This document shows positions 1 through 45,500 of a DNA stretch of 64,000 nt, one piece after another. Position 1 is the stretch's first letter. Every line of letters begins with the position of its first letter. The translations under genes were made by a program, and so were the position numbers. Where the stretch lies: NCBI RefSeq assembly GCF_009914755.1, contig NC_060925.1. One strand, 5' to 3'. Source of the DNA: the human T2T-CHM13v2.0 reference genome, Homo sapiens. A model generated the notes under the pieces. The model saw only the letters and a program-made list of their open reading frames with translations, was not told where the DNA came from and did no database searches.

Positions 1-2190
1 TCCTTCACCACCCCACTTGGCTCCTTTGCCATCTTGATGCTGAGGTTTCCTGTTTGGTGAGATCAGGTTGTTTGTGGTAAAAGAAAGGAAAGGGCTTCTG
101 ATGGCTTTGCCACAAGCTTACCTGTGGGTTTCAGTCCTGAGAGGCCACCACCAGTTCCCATCAGCACTGTCTCCATGCAGCAGTTGCTGGGTCCCATGTC
201 CAGCTGCCTCTTTGGCTTCATGGGTTTTTCTGCTTCCTGCCCCCACCCCCACATGTGCAATCCTCAAGATTTGTCCTGATTCTATTTCCTGGCACCTCCC
301 TGCCTGTCCTTGGGGATTCTACTTCTTCCTGTGTGGGAGCCCATAGCTGTTGTCTAACAGGTAAGAAATGAAATTGAACTATTGACTGGGCCCCAGAAAT
401 CCATAAAATGGCTGCAGACAGTTGTTTCTGTGTCCTGTTCTACCCCCACTCCAGTACATAACTACTATGTACTGTGTAGAGCCATTCTATATGCTGAATG
501 TTCTGCTGTTGCAAACTTGCCAGGGTATTAGCCAGTGTTTGTGCCAAGCAGTTTTCTGGGACAACAGAATGACTCAGACCAAGATGGATAGGATGGTTAG
601 GGCTTTGCTTCTTGCTGTTTTTCTTTGAAGCTAGTTCATTGTCCTGCAGGTCCCTTCATCTTCCATACCTAGCCCACTCTTTTAGCCCTTACCTTAAATC
701 TCTCAGATAAGTTGGTTCACAAAGAATGTTAAGTACTGAATCATGTGTGACTGAGACCAGAGATGGCAAATGAATGGCACACCATTTCTCCTTCTCCTGC
801 CCCAGGGCAGGTACCACTGATCTGCATCAGAGTTGCCTGCTATTCTCTGGTGTATCCTTCACATCTAGGTGCCCTCAAGCAGCTGTGTGAGTGTTGAGAT
901 CTCTGCCATCTCTGGCTGAGATACTGCTGTCCTGTGAAGTGTTTCCCATGACCTTTTTCTTCCCCTTTGAATCCCTCTGTCTGGAGTAGTCCTTGCCTCT
1001 TCCTGCTCCAGTAGGGCCTTTTCCCTACCCCAGCCCCTGTGCCAGGCTAAGCTGGTACAAGAGCTGCCAACCTCACAGAGTGTTTGCTAGGCGAGAGAGG
1101 TGCAGGGAAGAGGCAGAGGTATGCACCTTCCCCCTTGAAGAGAGGGGAAAGGCCTACAGTGGCCCACATAATTGCCTGACTCACACTTCAGCTACCTCTT
1201 AATGCCTGTGGAGGGACTGGAGCTGCTGGATCCCAGTGTGGTGGTGTAGGAGGCCACAGTGAGCAGGTGGCCCCAGCTGGGTTTCCCAGGTCAGGAATGT
1301 GGGCCCCAGGCAAGGTGCAGCCTTTGCTCACAGCTCCATCCATGTCTAGACCTTCAGGCCAGTCTGCAGATGAGGTTCCCTACCTTTTTCTTCTCTTCAT
1401 TGACCAAATCAACCAATCACTACAGCTGCTCTGCTTCTGCTTTCCAAAGTAGCCCAGGTCCTGGGCCAGATGCAGGGGAGGTGCCTATCCATGAGTGAAG
1501 GCCAGTGTCTTCCTCACCTGGGTGGGTCCCACACTTGTGACCTCAGTTTTAGGACCAAGATCTGTGTTGGTTTCTTAGATTGCTAGCTTTTCCTCCAGGG
1601 GACCACAGCAGGTGAAGCTCAAGAGCGCATGGCTCTGCTAATAGTAAATTGTTTTCAGGGCCTTGTCCAGCTGAGAGCTTCATGTCCACCAGATTCTGAG
1701 AGGTGTCAGCAGCACTTTTTTTTTTTATTTGTTGTTTGTTTTCCATGAGGTTATCGGACCATGGGCTGAGCTCAGGCACTTTCTGTAGGAGACTGTTATT
1801 TCTGTAAAGATGGTTATTTAACCCTCCTCCACCCCATCACGGTGGCCCTGAGGGCTGACCCGGAGGCCAGTGGAGCTGCCTGGTGTCCACGGGGGAGGGC
1901 CAAGGCCTGCTGAGCTGATTCTCCAGCTGCTGCCCCAGCCTTTCCGCCTTGCACAGCACAGAGGTGGTCACCCCAGGGACAGCCAGGCACCTGCTCCTCT
2001 TGCCCTTCCTGGGGGAAGGGAGCTGCCTTCTGTCCCTGTAACTGCTTTCCTTATGGCCCAGCCCGGCCACTCAGACTTGTTTGAAGCTGCACTGGCAGCT
2101 TTTTTGTCTCCTTTGGGTATTCACAACAGCCAGGGACTTGATTTTGATGTATTTTAAACCACATTAAATAAAGAGTCTGTTGCCTTACTT
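1..2190 (+). other. TXLNA: Long 3' UTR of the upstream gene (taxilin alpha), ending at a polyA signal
   Basis: No credible coding ORF and no Alus. Overlapping ATTAAA (2163-2168)/AATAAA (2167-2172) followed by GT/T-rich downstream element. Identity inferred from known synteny (TXLNA lies just upstream of CCDC28B); no TXLNA CDS is in the window. Confidence 0.75.
2163..2172 (+). terminator. Polyadenylation signal (ATTAAATAAA)
   Basis: Canonical hexamer followed by TGTT/T-rich sequence about 20-60 nt downstream. Confidence 0.8.
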
Positions 2191-4389
2191 GTTTCTCTCC
2201 TGACCTGTGTATTCCTTTGTTTCTGGATCTGATCCATTCAGCCCCTTCCATCATCACTGACTTGTTCAGGTCTGCTGCAGAGCGCCCATGGTGGTTCCCT
2301 GGTATCTTACATATTCCACAGTGTCTTTGAGCAGTCGCCACAGCCTCAGGATGCTGGCATATTCACTTGAGCTGCCTGAGTGGAGCCCTTGGCAAAGTTG
2401 GCAAGACCCTTGCCTCAGAGAGGATCACACACACACAAAAAAGTTTTCCCTGACCTGGGGGCTCACAGGCTAGTGAAGGGAAAAGGTACTTTTAGCTATA
2501 GACAGGTCAATGGTGCTGAGAGCAGAGAGGAGGCCCCTGCCCCCTTCAGCAAGGTGAGGGGGTGATACCTGGAATGGCCTTCTGAACCACAGGGCAGGTA
2601 GAAGATGAACGTCATTTAGTGATTAAATGGTACAGCTGGGAAGCAGGTCCATGGGACTGGGAGAGGGGGTGAGGCTGGGCCCAGAGTCTGGGTACCAGGT
2701 TAAGGAATGTGGGCTAGATCCAGAGGGCAGGGGGGGCAACTGAAGGTGTTTCAATAGGAAATTGATAGGCTCCAGCAGTAAGGCAAAAGGCATGGAGCCA
2801 GGCATAGGCCATTTGAGGCCCAGGTTAAGAGGGGTGGACACTCATCACTGCTATTTGGGTCTGAGCTGTGGGTAGGCTCCTATAGCCCTGGCCTGCCCAA
2901 GGGAATTCACAGGGGCCTCTAATTGTATGCATTCCTTAAGGAGAGCACATTCTCTGTTCAGTTTTTACACCCCCCATTTACCCACCTCAAGCATGGGACT
3001 CCTATATGGGAGACATGCTGCTGGTGGCCTCACCCAGCACCCTGTTCTCTCTGGGTCCTGGGTTGGTCAGGCACAAAGGATGATATGTGCTGAATGCCCA
3101 GGAAATGGCAGAGACAACCCACCTGCCCTTCCCTCCAGGCCTCCACAAATAGATGTGCCCACAATGACTGTGACAGTCCCAGCAGAGCCTCTGACCCTTC
3201 TAGCTGGGTCCTGATACATGTTTTCCATGCTGGCCATGTTATTTCTAGTCGCAGATCCTCTGGAGGGTGTGGGGGGGGTGCCGCCCCAACTCTTGGAGAT
3301 TCCAAGCAAAGCAGCTCTGAGAATAATGAGGTTTCTGACCCCCCAGTGAAGCAGCTGAGGATGGGAACCACAGGGGTGCTCCCTCTGTCAGCAGCATTAC
3401 CACTGTCTACTCTAGCAGCTCCGGTGGGGAAGGAGAGGGATTTCTGTTGTCCCCAGTCTGGGCCCCTGGTTATTGAAAAAGTTCGGAATTACTCTTTACC
3501 CTTGTGGAGTGTTCTGAGTGTTGGAAGTACCCAGGAAGAAGCCCTGAGCAGGTGCCCTCAGGAGCAGTGCCCATGGCTCCCCACATCAGCCAAGAGGCCC
3601 AACCCCAGGAAGCCACTCCTGCCCGGGGATGGGGAAGGTGGGCTGGGTGGCTGTGTGCACTGCCCTGGGCCAGCTCACTTGAGCCTGCTGAGCCGCCTGG
3701 CCAAACATGAGCCTCTCTCCTGTTGTATCAGATGCTGTTCTGGGGACCTGCGCCAGGAGCCTCTGCCAGGGCTTTAAATAGCTGCCCCCATTGATCTGGC
3801 TGCAGGCAGCAGCAGTCACACTGGGTCAGCCTCCATCAGGTGCTCAGGTTTCCCTGAGGACTGGAGTCAGGTGCCAGGGAATCGCGTGGTCTACCTTATG
3901 ACCTGGTGCTCCCCACACCTGTCTCCTAGGCCTGGGGGGTGGGGAGGACTCCTGTCACTTCATCTGCGGCAAAATACAGCCCCCACCACTTACCAGAGAA
4001 AACTGTCTGGCATTGTAGAGAGAGGGGTTTTGCCCTCAAAAGACTGTTGCTTACTTTCAGTAGAATGGGGAATGACACTGGTATCTTCCTTAAGGGTTGT
4101 TATGGGGATGAAATGTATGTAAAGTGCTCAATAGGGCACTGGACTCACTCCATTGATGGCTGTCTTTGCTCGAAGTGTCTTCCTGATGCTGCTGCTGTTG
4201 CTGCTTGTGCTTCTTCTGTGCTTACATTCTCTCTCTCTCACTCACTCACTCTGTCTCTCCTCTCCCCCGCCCCACCCCCTTTCTGACAAAGCCACCACCA
4301 TTTTGTAAGGAACTGTAGCTTCTCTCTGAAACTGCCGGGAAAGGGAAAATCTTTTTAAAATAGACATCACACAACCAACAGGGTCCCCT

Positions 4390-5270
4390 AGGTTCAGGCG
4401 GGGAGGTGAGGTCGAGTGAGAGGAACTGCTTAGCATACGCGGGGATGCTCCTCCCATCTCACCCCACCGCGCTAAGGAGAAGGTCACTTTCTCTTTAAAT
4501 GCAAATGAACTCCCTCCAGCTTAGCTTTCACCCGGTGGTGTTCCCGGGAGGAGAGGGCGGAGGGCGGAGGGAACTTGCACCGAAGCATCACTCGAGACCC
4601 CAAACCTCCAGGTCAGTAGCCCCCTGAGGGAGTGAGGGCGGGGGCGGAATGACGCGGGTCTGACGCTCTGTCTTCGAGCGCGGCTGCGGAGCTGAGCGAT
4701 GAGTTTGGCACATGGCTTTGGAGCCCGGGCTTGGGAAATAGATCCCCGGTCGCCCCAGCCGCTCCTGGGGAGCACAGGCTCCGGCTCCAGTTCTTCTATC
4801 AGGTCCCTAATTGGGTCAAGCTGCTGCACGGAGAGGCAGAGGATGCGCTCCTATCTCCCCTCCCCACACCCGCAGACCCCGTCAGTGGCAGCCAGCTATG
4901 TGTCAGTGTAAATGCTTAAGCGCCACCCACCCCCCCAACCCCCCCAGTCCCAGAATTCGAAGTTAGGCTCGGTAGCAGCAGCCTGGAATGAGACCCCCAG
5001 AGGAGGGAACCCCAGCCGACCGGAGGCTTGGGGGGCGCTGCTGGACCGGGGACCTCGGAGCAGCCCAGCCACAGGCGCAGCCTTTGTCGGAGGCCCAGGC
5101 AGCCAGCGGCCAACCACCCAGTCCACCCTGGCTGCAGCTGAAGCCCAGCAGGGACTTTCCGACTGGGAAAAATGAAGCAGCTGAAAGCACACCCGCGGGA
5201 CCTATAGGGAGTCCCTAATATTTTCGGTTGGGGGTGGGTGGAAGTGGAGGGATGCCGGTGTCTATGTGGG
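4390..5270 (+). promoter_or_regulatory. CCDC28B: CpG island promoter and non-coding first exon of CCDC28B
   Basis: CpG-dense with GC boxes (GGGCGG repeats around 4555-4650) and TGACG half-CRE. Candidate donor CCAG|GTCAGT at 4611/4612; acceptor CCTAG| at 5814/5815 upstream of the ATG. Confidence 0.7.
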
Positions 5271-5837
5271 GGAAACCCACAATGAACCCTGCCCTGTATG
5301 CTGCGGCTTCTCCTACAATTACCCACACGCTGGGGCTTTCCCAGGCGCCCCTACCTGCACCTTGTCCCCCTCCCATGCTGACAGGGTTTGTTAGCATCTG
5401 CTTAGGCCCCTGATAAATAGAATAGGGTTTAGTTAAGACATCCCTAATCTTCGGCTGGGCTTCTGCAGCTCACCTCCGTCTTGTCTCCCACTACATTTCC
5501 TCTGCCAGCCCCGCCCCCCAGCCACCGTGACAGGAAGCCCCAGTAGCGCCAAGATAGTTGTGACTGGTCCCACCCTTTCAGGAGGGGCCTAGGTTTTCAG
5601 GCAGAAGGGGAATTAGGTTGGGCCTTAGAAGGTCCTTCAAGTGTACATCCACGATCCCAGCAGCAGACACTGGCATCTGGCTCTGCCCCTACCGTATAGA
5701 TGAGGTGACAAGCTGGAAGGTCCCAGGGCCCTTCCTTGGTGCAGCTCTCAGGGATTTCTGGGTGAAGGGCTAACTTTGCCCCTGGCTATCTTTGTGGGGT
5801 TGCTTCCCTCCTAGGCCTGAGGCCCAGCCAGCGCCCA

Positions 5838-9150
<3,313 letters not shown>

Positions 9151-9268
9151 GCGTCCCACGCAGGCCCACACTGCCCCTCTCATTCTCTTCAAACTGTGAC
9201 TTTTTACAGACTCGGGCGGGTGTTCTGCGGCCCCCCAGGTGCTATGGGGGAGGGGGGCGTTGAATGGA

Positions 9269-9274
9269 ATTAAA
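9269..9274 (+). terminator. CCDC28B: CCDC28B polyA signal (ATTAAA)
   Basis: Variant hexamer about 120 nt after the TAG stop. Confidence 0.65.
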
Positions 9275-9279
9275 CCAGA

Positions 9280-9583
9280 AAGAAAGCAAGCGGCTCCGTG
9301 TCCTGCTTCCCCTCCTTGCGCCTTTCCTCCCGGTCTCCGCGGAGACAGCCCTCGGTTATGGAGGTACCGCCTGCGGGATTGGAGTGCCCCTTGCGGCTGT
9401 GGGAGGGGCAGTCGGGGGCTGGGGGGACGCAGGTACGCCTGTCGCCAGGACGCCTCTACCCTGGACGGTAGGAGGTTGCCGTGGGAACGGCTGGGGCAAA
9501 GCCCACGCCCGCGCATGCTCAGGAGCGACGCCGACCAATGACGTACTTCGCAGGCGCGCGGGCGGGCCTGGCAGTTGGCGCCC
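9280..9583 (+). promoter_or_regulatory. IQCC: IQCC CpG-island promoter (X-box-like, NRF1-like, CCAAT, half-CRE)
   Basis: GTTGCCGTGGGAAC 9475-9488; GCGCATGC 9511-9518; CCAAT 9535-9539 overlapping TGACGT 9539-9544; CpG island spans about 8860-10200. Confidence 0.7.
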
Positions 9584-11984
<2,401 letters not shown>

Positions 11985-12217
11985 ACCCTAGGAAGCCAGG
12001 AGAGGATCAGGTTCCAAAGGGGAATGCTATGAAAGGGCAGTGAGACAAGACCTCATCCTACCTCCCTGACCAGCTCTGGCTTCTGCTCCTGCCCCTGGCC
12101 ATTGGTGACTAGTGGGGCCAAGAGAAGCTGGAGCAGAGAGCTGGCATGAGTATAGGGAAGGAGGAAGGACACATTTTCAATCCTCTGCCTGTAGCTCAAT
12201 CCAAATTTGTGGATAAG

Positions 12218-12513
<296 letters not shown>

Positions 12514-12565
12514 AATGTGTGGCTAAGGAGTTACCTGGGGGAAGTAGAATGAGAGGTCTGTTGGG

Positions 12566-12571
12566 AATAAA
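12566..12571 (+). terminator. IQCC: IQCC polyA signal
   Basis: AATAAA followed by T-rich sequence. Confidence 0.8.
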
Positions 12572-12926
12572 GGTTTTTCTTAGATTCTGAGTCTGGCTGC
12601 TTTCATTTCTGCTTCTGGCCAGGACAGATTCTGGGCCCTGCCGTTCACTTCCTACTGGCATGGGGCATTGACCCCGGAGCCAGCTGGGAGCCATGGCCCA
12701 GGAAAAGATCTAGCCATCCTCCTTAGGGAACAGCTCCCAAAGCTGATCCCCAATTGAGCTCAGCCTTGTGCTTTAGAGTGGCAAGGAGGCTCTGGAGAGT
12801 AGGGTAACACCTATGTTTAAGTGTGATCTCCCCAGGGCAGATGGGATAAAACCCTGAATGCAGATAAATGCTCCTGCCACAGTCTCCCTCTGCCTTCCTG
12901 GGTGAGAGGGCAGGACTCCACCTCTG

Positions 12927-12966
12927 ATTGGCAATGTTCCCAGCCCTTCCTTGGTTGCCTGGCAAC
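12927..12966 (+). promoter_or_regulatory. DCDC2B: DCDC2B proximal promoter: inverted CCAAT plus palindromic RFX X-box
   Basis: ATTGG 12927-12931; GTTGCCTGGCAAC 12954-12966, about 30 nt upstream of ATG 12996. Confidence 0.75.
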
Positions 12967-12995
12967 AGGTCTGTTTCTCTGACTGAGGATACACT

Positions 12996-19800
<6,805 letters not shown>

Positions 19801-20075
19801 GAGCCAGCAGCTCCAGAGGGCAACTGGGGACCACTACTCTGGCCACCTTTTGTCCTTAGCCTCCAGCAGCTTGTTCCTCAGGAGCCAGCACCTCCGCTGG
19901 GCTCACAGGGTACACTGCGGCCTCCTCAGCCCTCCCCGTTCTCCTGCTCCTAAACCCACAGCCCAGCCTTCCCTTCCTCTGAGCAGAGCAGCCCTGGCTG
20001 TGGGGGCTATTTCCTTATGGGATTCTCTGGCCAGAGAAAGGAGTAGCTGACTAAGCCTGGGAGAGGGTTTGTCAC

Positions 20076-20123
20076 AATAAAAGAATACTTACTAACCTCT
20101 TGTCTGTTTACCATAGATTTATT
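20076..20123. terminator. Convergent polyA signals: DCDC2B AATAAA (+, 20076-20081) and TMEM234 AATAAA (-, 20118-20123)
   Basis: Both hexamers read directly, downstream of the respective stop codons. Confidence 0.8.
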
Positions 20124-20315
20124 GACAGCTACTACTCGCCAGGTGTGCTGGAGTCAGGTGGGGCTGGGGCTCACAGCTCTCTACCTGTTTAAGAGGGGCT
20201 GGCAGTGAGGATTTCTGCCTACCTCATGGGTGGGGCAGGCAAGGCTAATAGACAGCTCATTTCCTGCATCTGCCACTCCGACGCACCTTCTTCCCTCGGT
20301 TCCACCCCTCATTCA

Positions 20316-20441
<126 letters not shown>

Positions 20442-20755
20442 TCAGGCCACAGTAATGGTGGCTGGGCTGGGAGCCTGAGATGTTAGCAGGAAGAGAGCTG
20501 CTGGGGCAGAAAGGTTGCTGAGGGTGAGCGTAGAGTCTCCTGTGCTAAATCCCCGCAGCTGAACAGCACTTGAAGGTTACAAAACTCTTTCACTCTTGTT
20601 CTCTTATTGTGATCCATGAGGTAGCTGTTATCCCCATAAGAGAGGAGGAAGCTAAGGCCAGAGAGGGGAAGTGCTAGGTCCATCCGCTCACTGCCAGCAC
20701 TTCATGGCCCAGGGGCTTCCTGGAGGCAGCAGAGCTGGAAGTGGGTTCGGCCCAC

Positions 20756-26226
<5,471 letters not shown>

Positions 26227-26345
26227 GGCAACGCCGCTGTCTTCTACTTCCGGGAACGAAGGGGCGGAGACCCATAATCCGGAAGTGACCTCGAAACCTT
26301 TTCCGGTCTTACTCACGTTGCGGCCTTCCTCGCGTCACAGCCGGG
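26227..26345. promoter_or_regulatory. Bidirectional CpG-island promoter TMEM234 <-> EIF3I
   Basis: Start codons 119 bp apart, head to head. ETS/GABP motifs ACTTCCGG 26246-26253, CCGGAAGTG 26279-26287, TTTCCGG 26300-26306; GC box 26261-26267. Confidence 0.9.
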
Positions 26346-35100
<8,755 letters not shown>

Positions 35101-35114
35101 GAAGCTGGATCTCC

Positions 35115-35407
<293 letters not shown>

Positions 35408-35469
35408 GAAGAAGGTGGATCTCCAACCAGGCCAGAGAAGATTCTCACAGAAGGTTTTGAACTCTAAGA

Positions 35470-35586
35470 AATAAATTGGTTTGGTAATAAATGGCTTCTG
35501 GTCAGATATTTTGTGGTGTCTGTTTCATCATTTTTCCTTTTCACTGACACCCCAGCAAGCTGATGCTGATCATGGAGACTTTTATT
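35470..35586. terminator. EIF3I polyA signals (+, 35470-35475 and 35486-35491) and convergent MTMR9LP signal (-, 35581-35586)
   Basis: AATAAA twice on +; TTTATT on + equals AATAAA on -. Confidence 0.75.
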
Positions 35587-36884
35587 ATTGAGACCTCCCT
35601 ATACTTTGGACACTTCAAACTTAAGACCCTCAGTACTTTTGGCTAACCTGGGTTGCAGGCACCCTCATCCAAGGTGTAAAGGTCCTAAGGGGCCTGCAGA
35701 GGTTTCAGGAACATCTCAGCTGCTATCCAAGGAGCCAGTGCTTAGAATAGGGGCTCGGCTGAAGCAGTTGGCTGAGAGGCTTCTGTCTTCTCCCTTCCTG
35801 TCACTATTTGCCACACTCTTCCCCCATGCAGCTTCTGCAGGCTCAGGTGAGCAGGTCCAGCGCAGAAACAGGCCTGAGGAGGAGGAAGACAGGTCAGGAC
35901 GCTGAGCAGAGGGGTAATACCCAGGGGAGAAGGTGTGGAGCTCACCTTGCCACAGCCGCAGGCTCTGGGGCTCCACAGATGGCCAAGGGATTGAGGAGGT
36001 AGAGTGGGTTCTGGAGTCTTTGTTGCTCTTTTGGCTGGTTGAGCCCAGACCACAGGGAGTGCATCTGAGTCCTCCCTTCACACGGCATCTGCAGAAAGGC
36101 AGGGAGTGAGTTTCCAGCCCCAGGTATGCCCTCTGGGAGTCTGGGTGGGCAGCCCTGGTTAGTAGGGTGACAGCCACTTTGGAGCAGTGATAACCTTTAC
36201 TTTTCTCCTTTTTCTTGCAAACATTATTGCTAGTCAAATCTTGTACTAGGCACTAGAATAAAAGGGGAACAAGACAAAGTCCTACTTCTTAAGGAGTTCT
36301 ATTTAAAGGGAGAAACCAATTTAGTTTTGCCTCAATGTCAGAGAAGGCTAATTAAGAATGTGATGTTTGAGCTGAGTCTCAACAGACCTAGCATACCCAC
36401 TGTGCAAAGCAACAGCCAACATGGGGAGAACGGCATGAGCCAAAGAAAGAAGGCGGGAAAGGGCCCACTGTGAATATTGATAGGTCTGGACCCAGGAGCT
36501 TTTGAAAGAAAATTGATAACAATGAAGATGCAGAGAACAGTGAGGCGGCTGCCGGAGAGTCCAGATGGAAGAGACCAGTGTGGATGAAGACGGGGGGAGG
36601 GCCTTCTGGCAAGGGAGGACCAAACTCAGACAATTTTAGGAGAAAGACTAAAGATGAAGGATGGGGGAGAGGGAGGTAAATAGAGATGATCCAGGACTAG
36701 TGGGGTTAGTGAAGCAGGATGGGGTATAGAGGAAGACTGAGCAACAGAAGATAACTAAATCTGATCTTCACCCTGGAAAGGTGAACCCTCCCTCCCCGCA
36801 TCTCTCAATCTCATAAGACAGCTGGCATCTGGGACTGATAGGCAGCATATGCAACAAGCCAACCAAATAATAAAAATACCACTT

Positions 36885-39523
<2,639 letters not shown>

Positions 39524-39961
39524 TAAAATGGTTTCTTAGCTTTGAGGATTCCTCAGTCTGATGGGAGAGACTCAAGACCCTTTGAGAAAGTACCTGGGGA
39601 AGGGTCACATAGCCCTCTGGGGAAACACACAATGTCCTGGGAAACCACCAATTTGATGGAAGTATCACAACACCCTTGATGTACACCAGTCTGATGGGAG
39701 CAACATAGCATTCCCTGGGGAGCCCCGGTCTGACAAGAAAAACACAGTTCTCTTGGAATTCTGCATCTGCTCCTACCTCCCAGAAACTGCTCTGTTCAAG
39801 GTTACTGGTGACCTCCTGCCAGAAAATCTAACAGCGACTTCTCAGCTCTGTTTAAAAGCCTTCAGTGGCTGCCCACTGCCTTGAGGATAAAGTCTAAGCT
39901 TATCTGTAGCCTCATCTGTCCTCCCATTTCATACTCGACACTCCCACCATACCAAAGGACA

Positions 39962-43041
<3,080 letters not shown>

Positions 43042-43799
43042 TACTTGGCAGTTCCCCAAACAGGACAAATGACCAGGCTGTCTCTGCACCTGGACACTTG
43101 CAATTCCCTCCACATGCAGGGTCTTTCTTCTTCTGGCTCACTCCTCCATTTTTGGGTCTCAGCTAAAGCATCCTATTCTCAAGGAAACCTCTGATTACCT
43201 GAAGTTGGTGTAGTAAGAGAGGGGCACCTCCTCTGCGCTGCTGCTCATCTCAGGGGAGCCTGATTGCCCATTCTCTGCTGATCTCTGCCATGTCTGAGCC
43301 GGCCACTGTGGCAGCCCCTGTGCTCAGTGCTGGGTAAATAAATGAATAAACAGAGCTTTGTATTTTGGATAGGGAAGCAGTCTACTCTCCTCAAAACACA
43401 AAACTCCCTCAGGACCTCTTCTTGGCACTGCCATCGCCTGGAGACAGAGGGAACAGATCACATCTGTGCAGGTGCAGCCCTCAGGGAGGGGGTGCGTGTG
43501 TGCAGGGAGGTTGTTCCGGGAAGACAAATTTCAGTTTAATGTAAAGAGGTGCTTTTTCTTCCCAGGCAAAGTTGGGGTGCCTAAAGAGTAAGGAGCTCTC
43601 TCAGTGGTGGTGTGCAAGTGGGGTTGCTCATGTGGAGGGATGACACCAGGAAAGGCTTGAGTCTTCAAGGTTCCTGGAGGACCCCCCGCCTCCCGCCAAC
43701 ACATACTCACACACATGTACATTCACAGAGCCCTGCAGGAGAGGGCCTGGGAGAGGGTGGGAGGCCCCTTACCTCTCCAGGGACCAGTGCAACCAGCCA

Positions 43800-45500
43800 G
43801 GTTAAGCGGCCTTGGTCTCTGTGCCTCCGCCAGTCACGCGGGCTTGTTTCGCGGCCTGGGCCGAGAGCGTGTCCATGATGAAGCCCCGCGCCCAAGGACG
43901 AGCCCCCGCCAGCGCAGTTCGCAGCAGCTCCTGGTCCCTGTAGCAGCGCCGCTTCTGGGGACCAGTTAGGGGCTGGCTGGAGCGTAGCAGAACCTGCGGA
44001 CCGGACTCAGTTCTGGAAGTGACCCCTCAGCCTTAGGGGTCCTCTAAGCCAGGTCTGCACAGCGACAGGCTGGAGTGCAACGACCAGGGCGAACTCACGA
44101 GGCTTCGGACCAGTCTGGGGGTGTTGTGGCCAAAGTGGTTTGGGACCCTATGAATAGACCGTGGGCGGGTCCTGGCTTGACAAAGAAGGGACTAAGCTTC
44201 GCGGGGCCCGGAACCGTCAGGGGCGGGGCCAGAGAAAGGTGATACCCTTCCCAGCGAAAAGGCGGGAGAGGGGCGGGACCAGAATGGGGCAGGAGTTGGG
44301 GCAGCGGCTACGCCGCGAATTGACCGGGCCAAAAAGAAAAGGCCCAGAAAGGACGCAGCCACCCAGGGGCGGAGCGTGGGGAGGGCGCGCTCCCTCTGCC
44401 GCTGGGAGCCGGGTGGTAGCTGAGCACCGGGAAGCGACCTCCCTGACGGAAGCGGGCGCTGCGCGCCAGGGCATCATCGTCCACCAAGTATGGCACGATC
44501 ACCGCACGGGGGTATCTGGGGCACAAGCTGAAGTCCTCGTTCACCTCGCTCAGCCGCCACGCGTTGGTCTGCAGCGCAGGGAGGAGAGAGGCCAGGTCTA
44601 GGGCACCCAGGGAGTGCCCTGTCCCCGCGCCTCTTCCAGGCCCGGCGCTTCCACCTTCCCGGGCCCCTACGACCGCGCCCACTTCGCGAGCTACTCTCTT
44701 GCAGTAGAGTTCGGGCGGGAGGAAGTGCCAGGAGTCGCCCAATCTCAGGCCCTTGGGACGGTAGAATAAAGGGAAGGAGGTGATGACTGATTCCAGGGAG
44801 GACAGCGTCCGGAGAAGGAAGTCAGGGGCTCTGGGGAGGGTCGGAATTGTCTCGCCCGCGCCCTTTCCAGCCCCTCAGTCCTGTAGCTTCAGCTTCGGCC
44901 TCTCCAAGTACCCCGGACCACCCTGCATCCCCCTGCCATTTAGCTGCGGCTGCGGAGCCTCTTTGAACAGAAGCACCTTTTTATTCCCCTCTACGCGAGA
45001 CAGGGAGAGCTTAAAGGGCTCGGGAGCTCCCTCGGCACACCTCGATGGAGCGGGCGATGCCCAGCGTCGCTTCCGCGCCCTCTATTTCCAGCTGCAGCAC
45101 TCGCAGGTCTTTACAGCACAGGGTGATGGTGCCCGAGTCACTCGCAACCCTGGGGAGGGACGTTCCTTTCCCAGGAGAGGGGCAACGAGTTTCCCGGATT
45201 GGGCTTACGCAGGAGGGCGCCAGCTCTGACTGCGCTGGCCGTGCCCCCTACTCCGCCAAGCCGCGCGCTCCCCAACCCCGGGGACCCTCCCCCACCCCGC
45301 CACGTCTCACTGCTTCTCGAAGGAGTCGACGCTACGCAACAGCAGCAGCCACAGGTCCGGAGAGGACGCGGGCCCTGGCGACAGGAGCAGGTGGTGGACG
45401 GTGACTCACACCGTGCCGCGAAGCGGGGGCGCCTCCGGGCCCCGTAGAAACTCTGCTTGGGCTCAGCCCGTATGGATCAGCTCCGAGAACTCCATTCTGC
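43800..45500. promoter_or_regulatory. MTMR9LP: CpG island over MTMR9LP exons 1-5
   Basis: High CpG density; clustered GC boxes at 44220-44380. Confidence 0.75.

Noticed and set aside
3094-3777. 227-aa ORF between TXLNA and CCDC28B
   Set aside because: No recognisable domain, Pro/Ser/Cys/Gly-rich composition typical of GC-rich non-coding DNA, no supporting promoter or splice structure.
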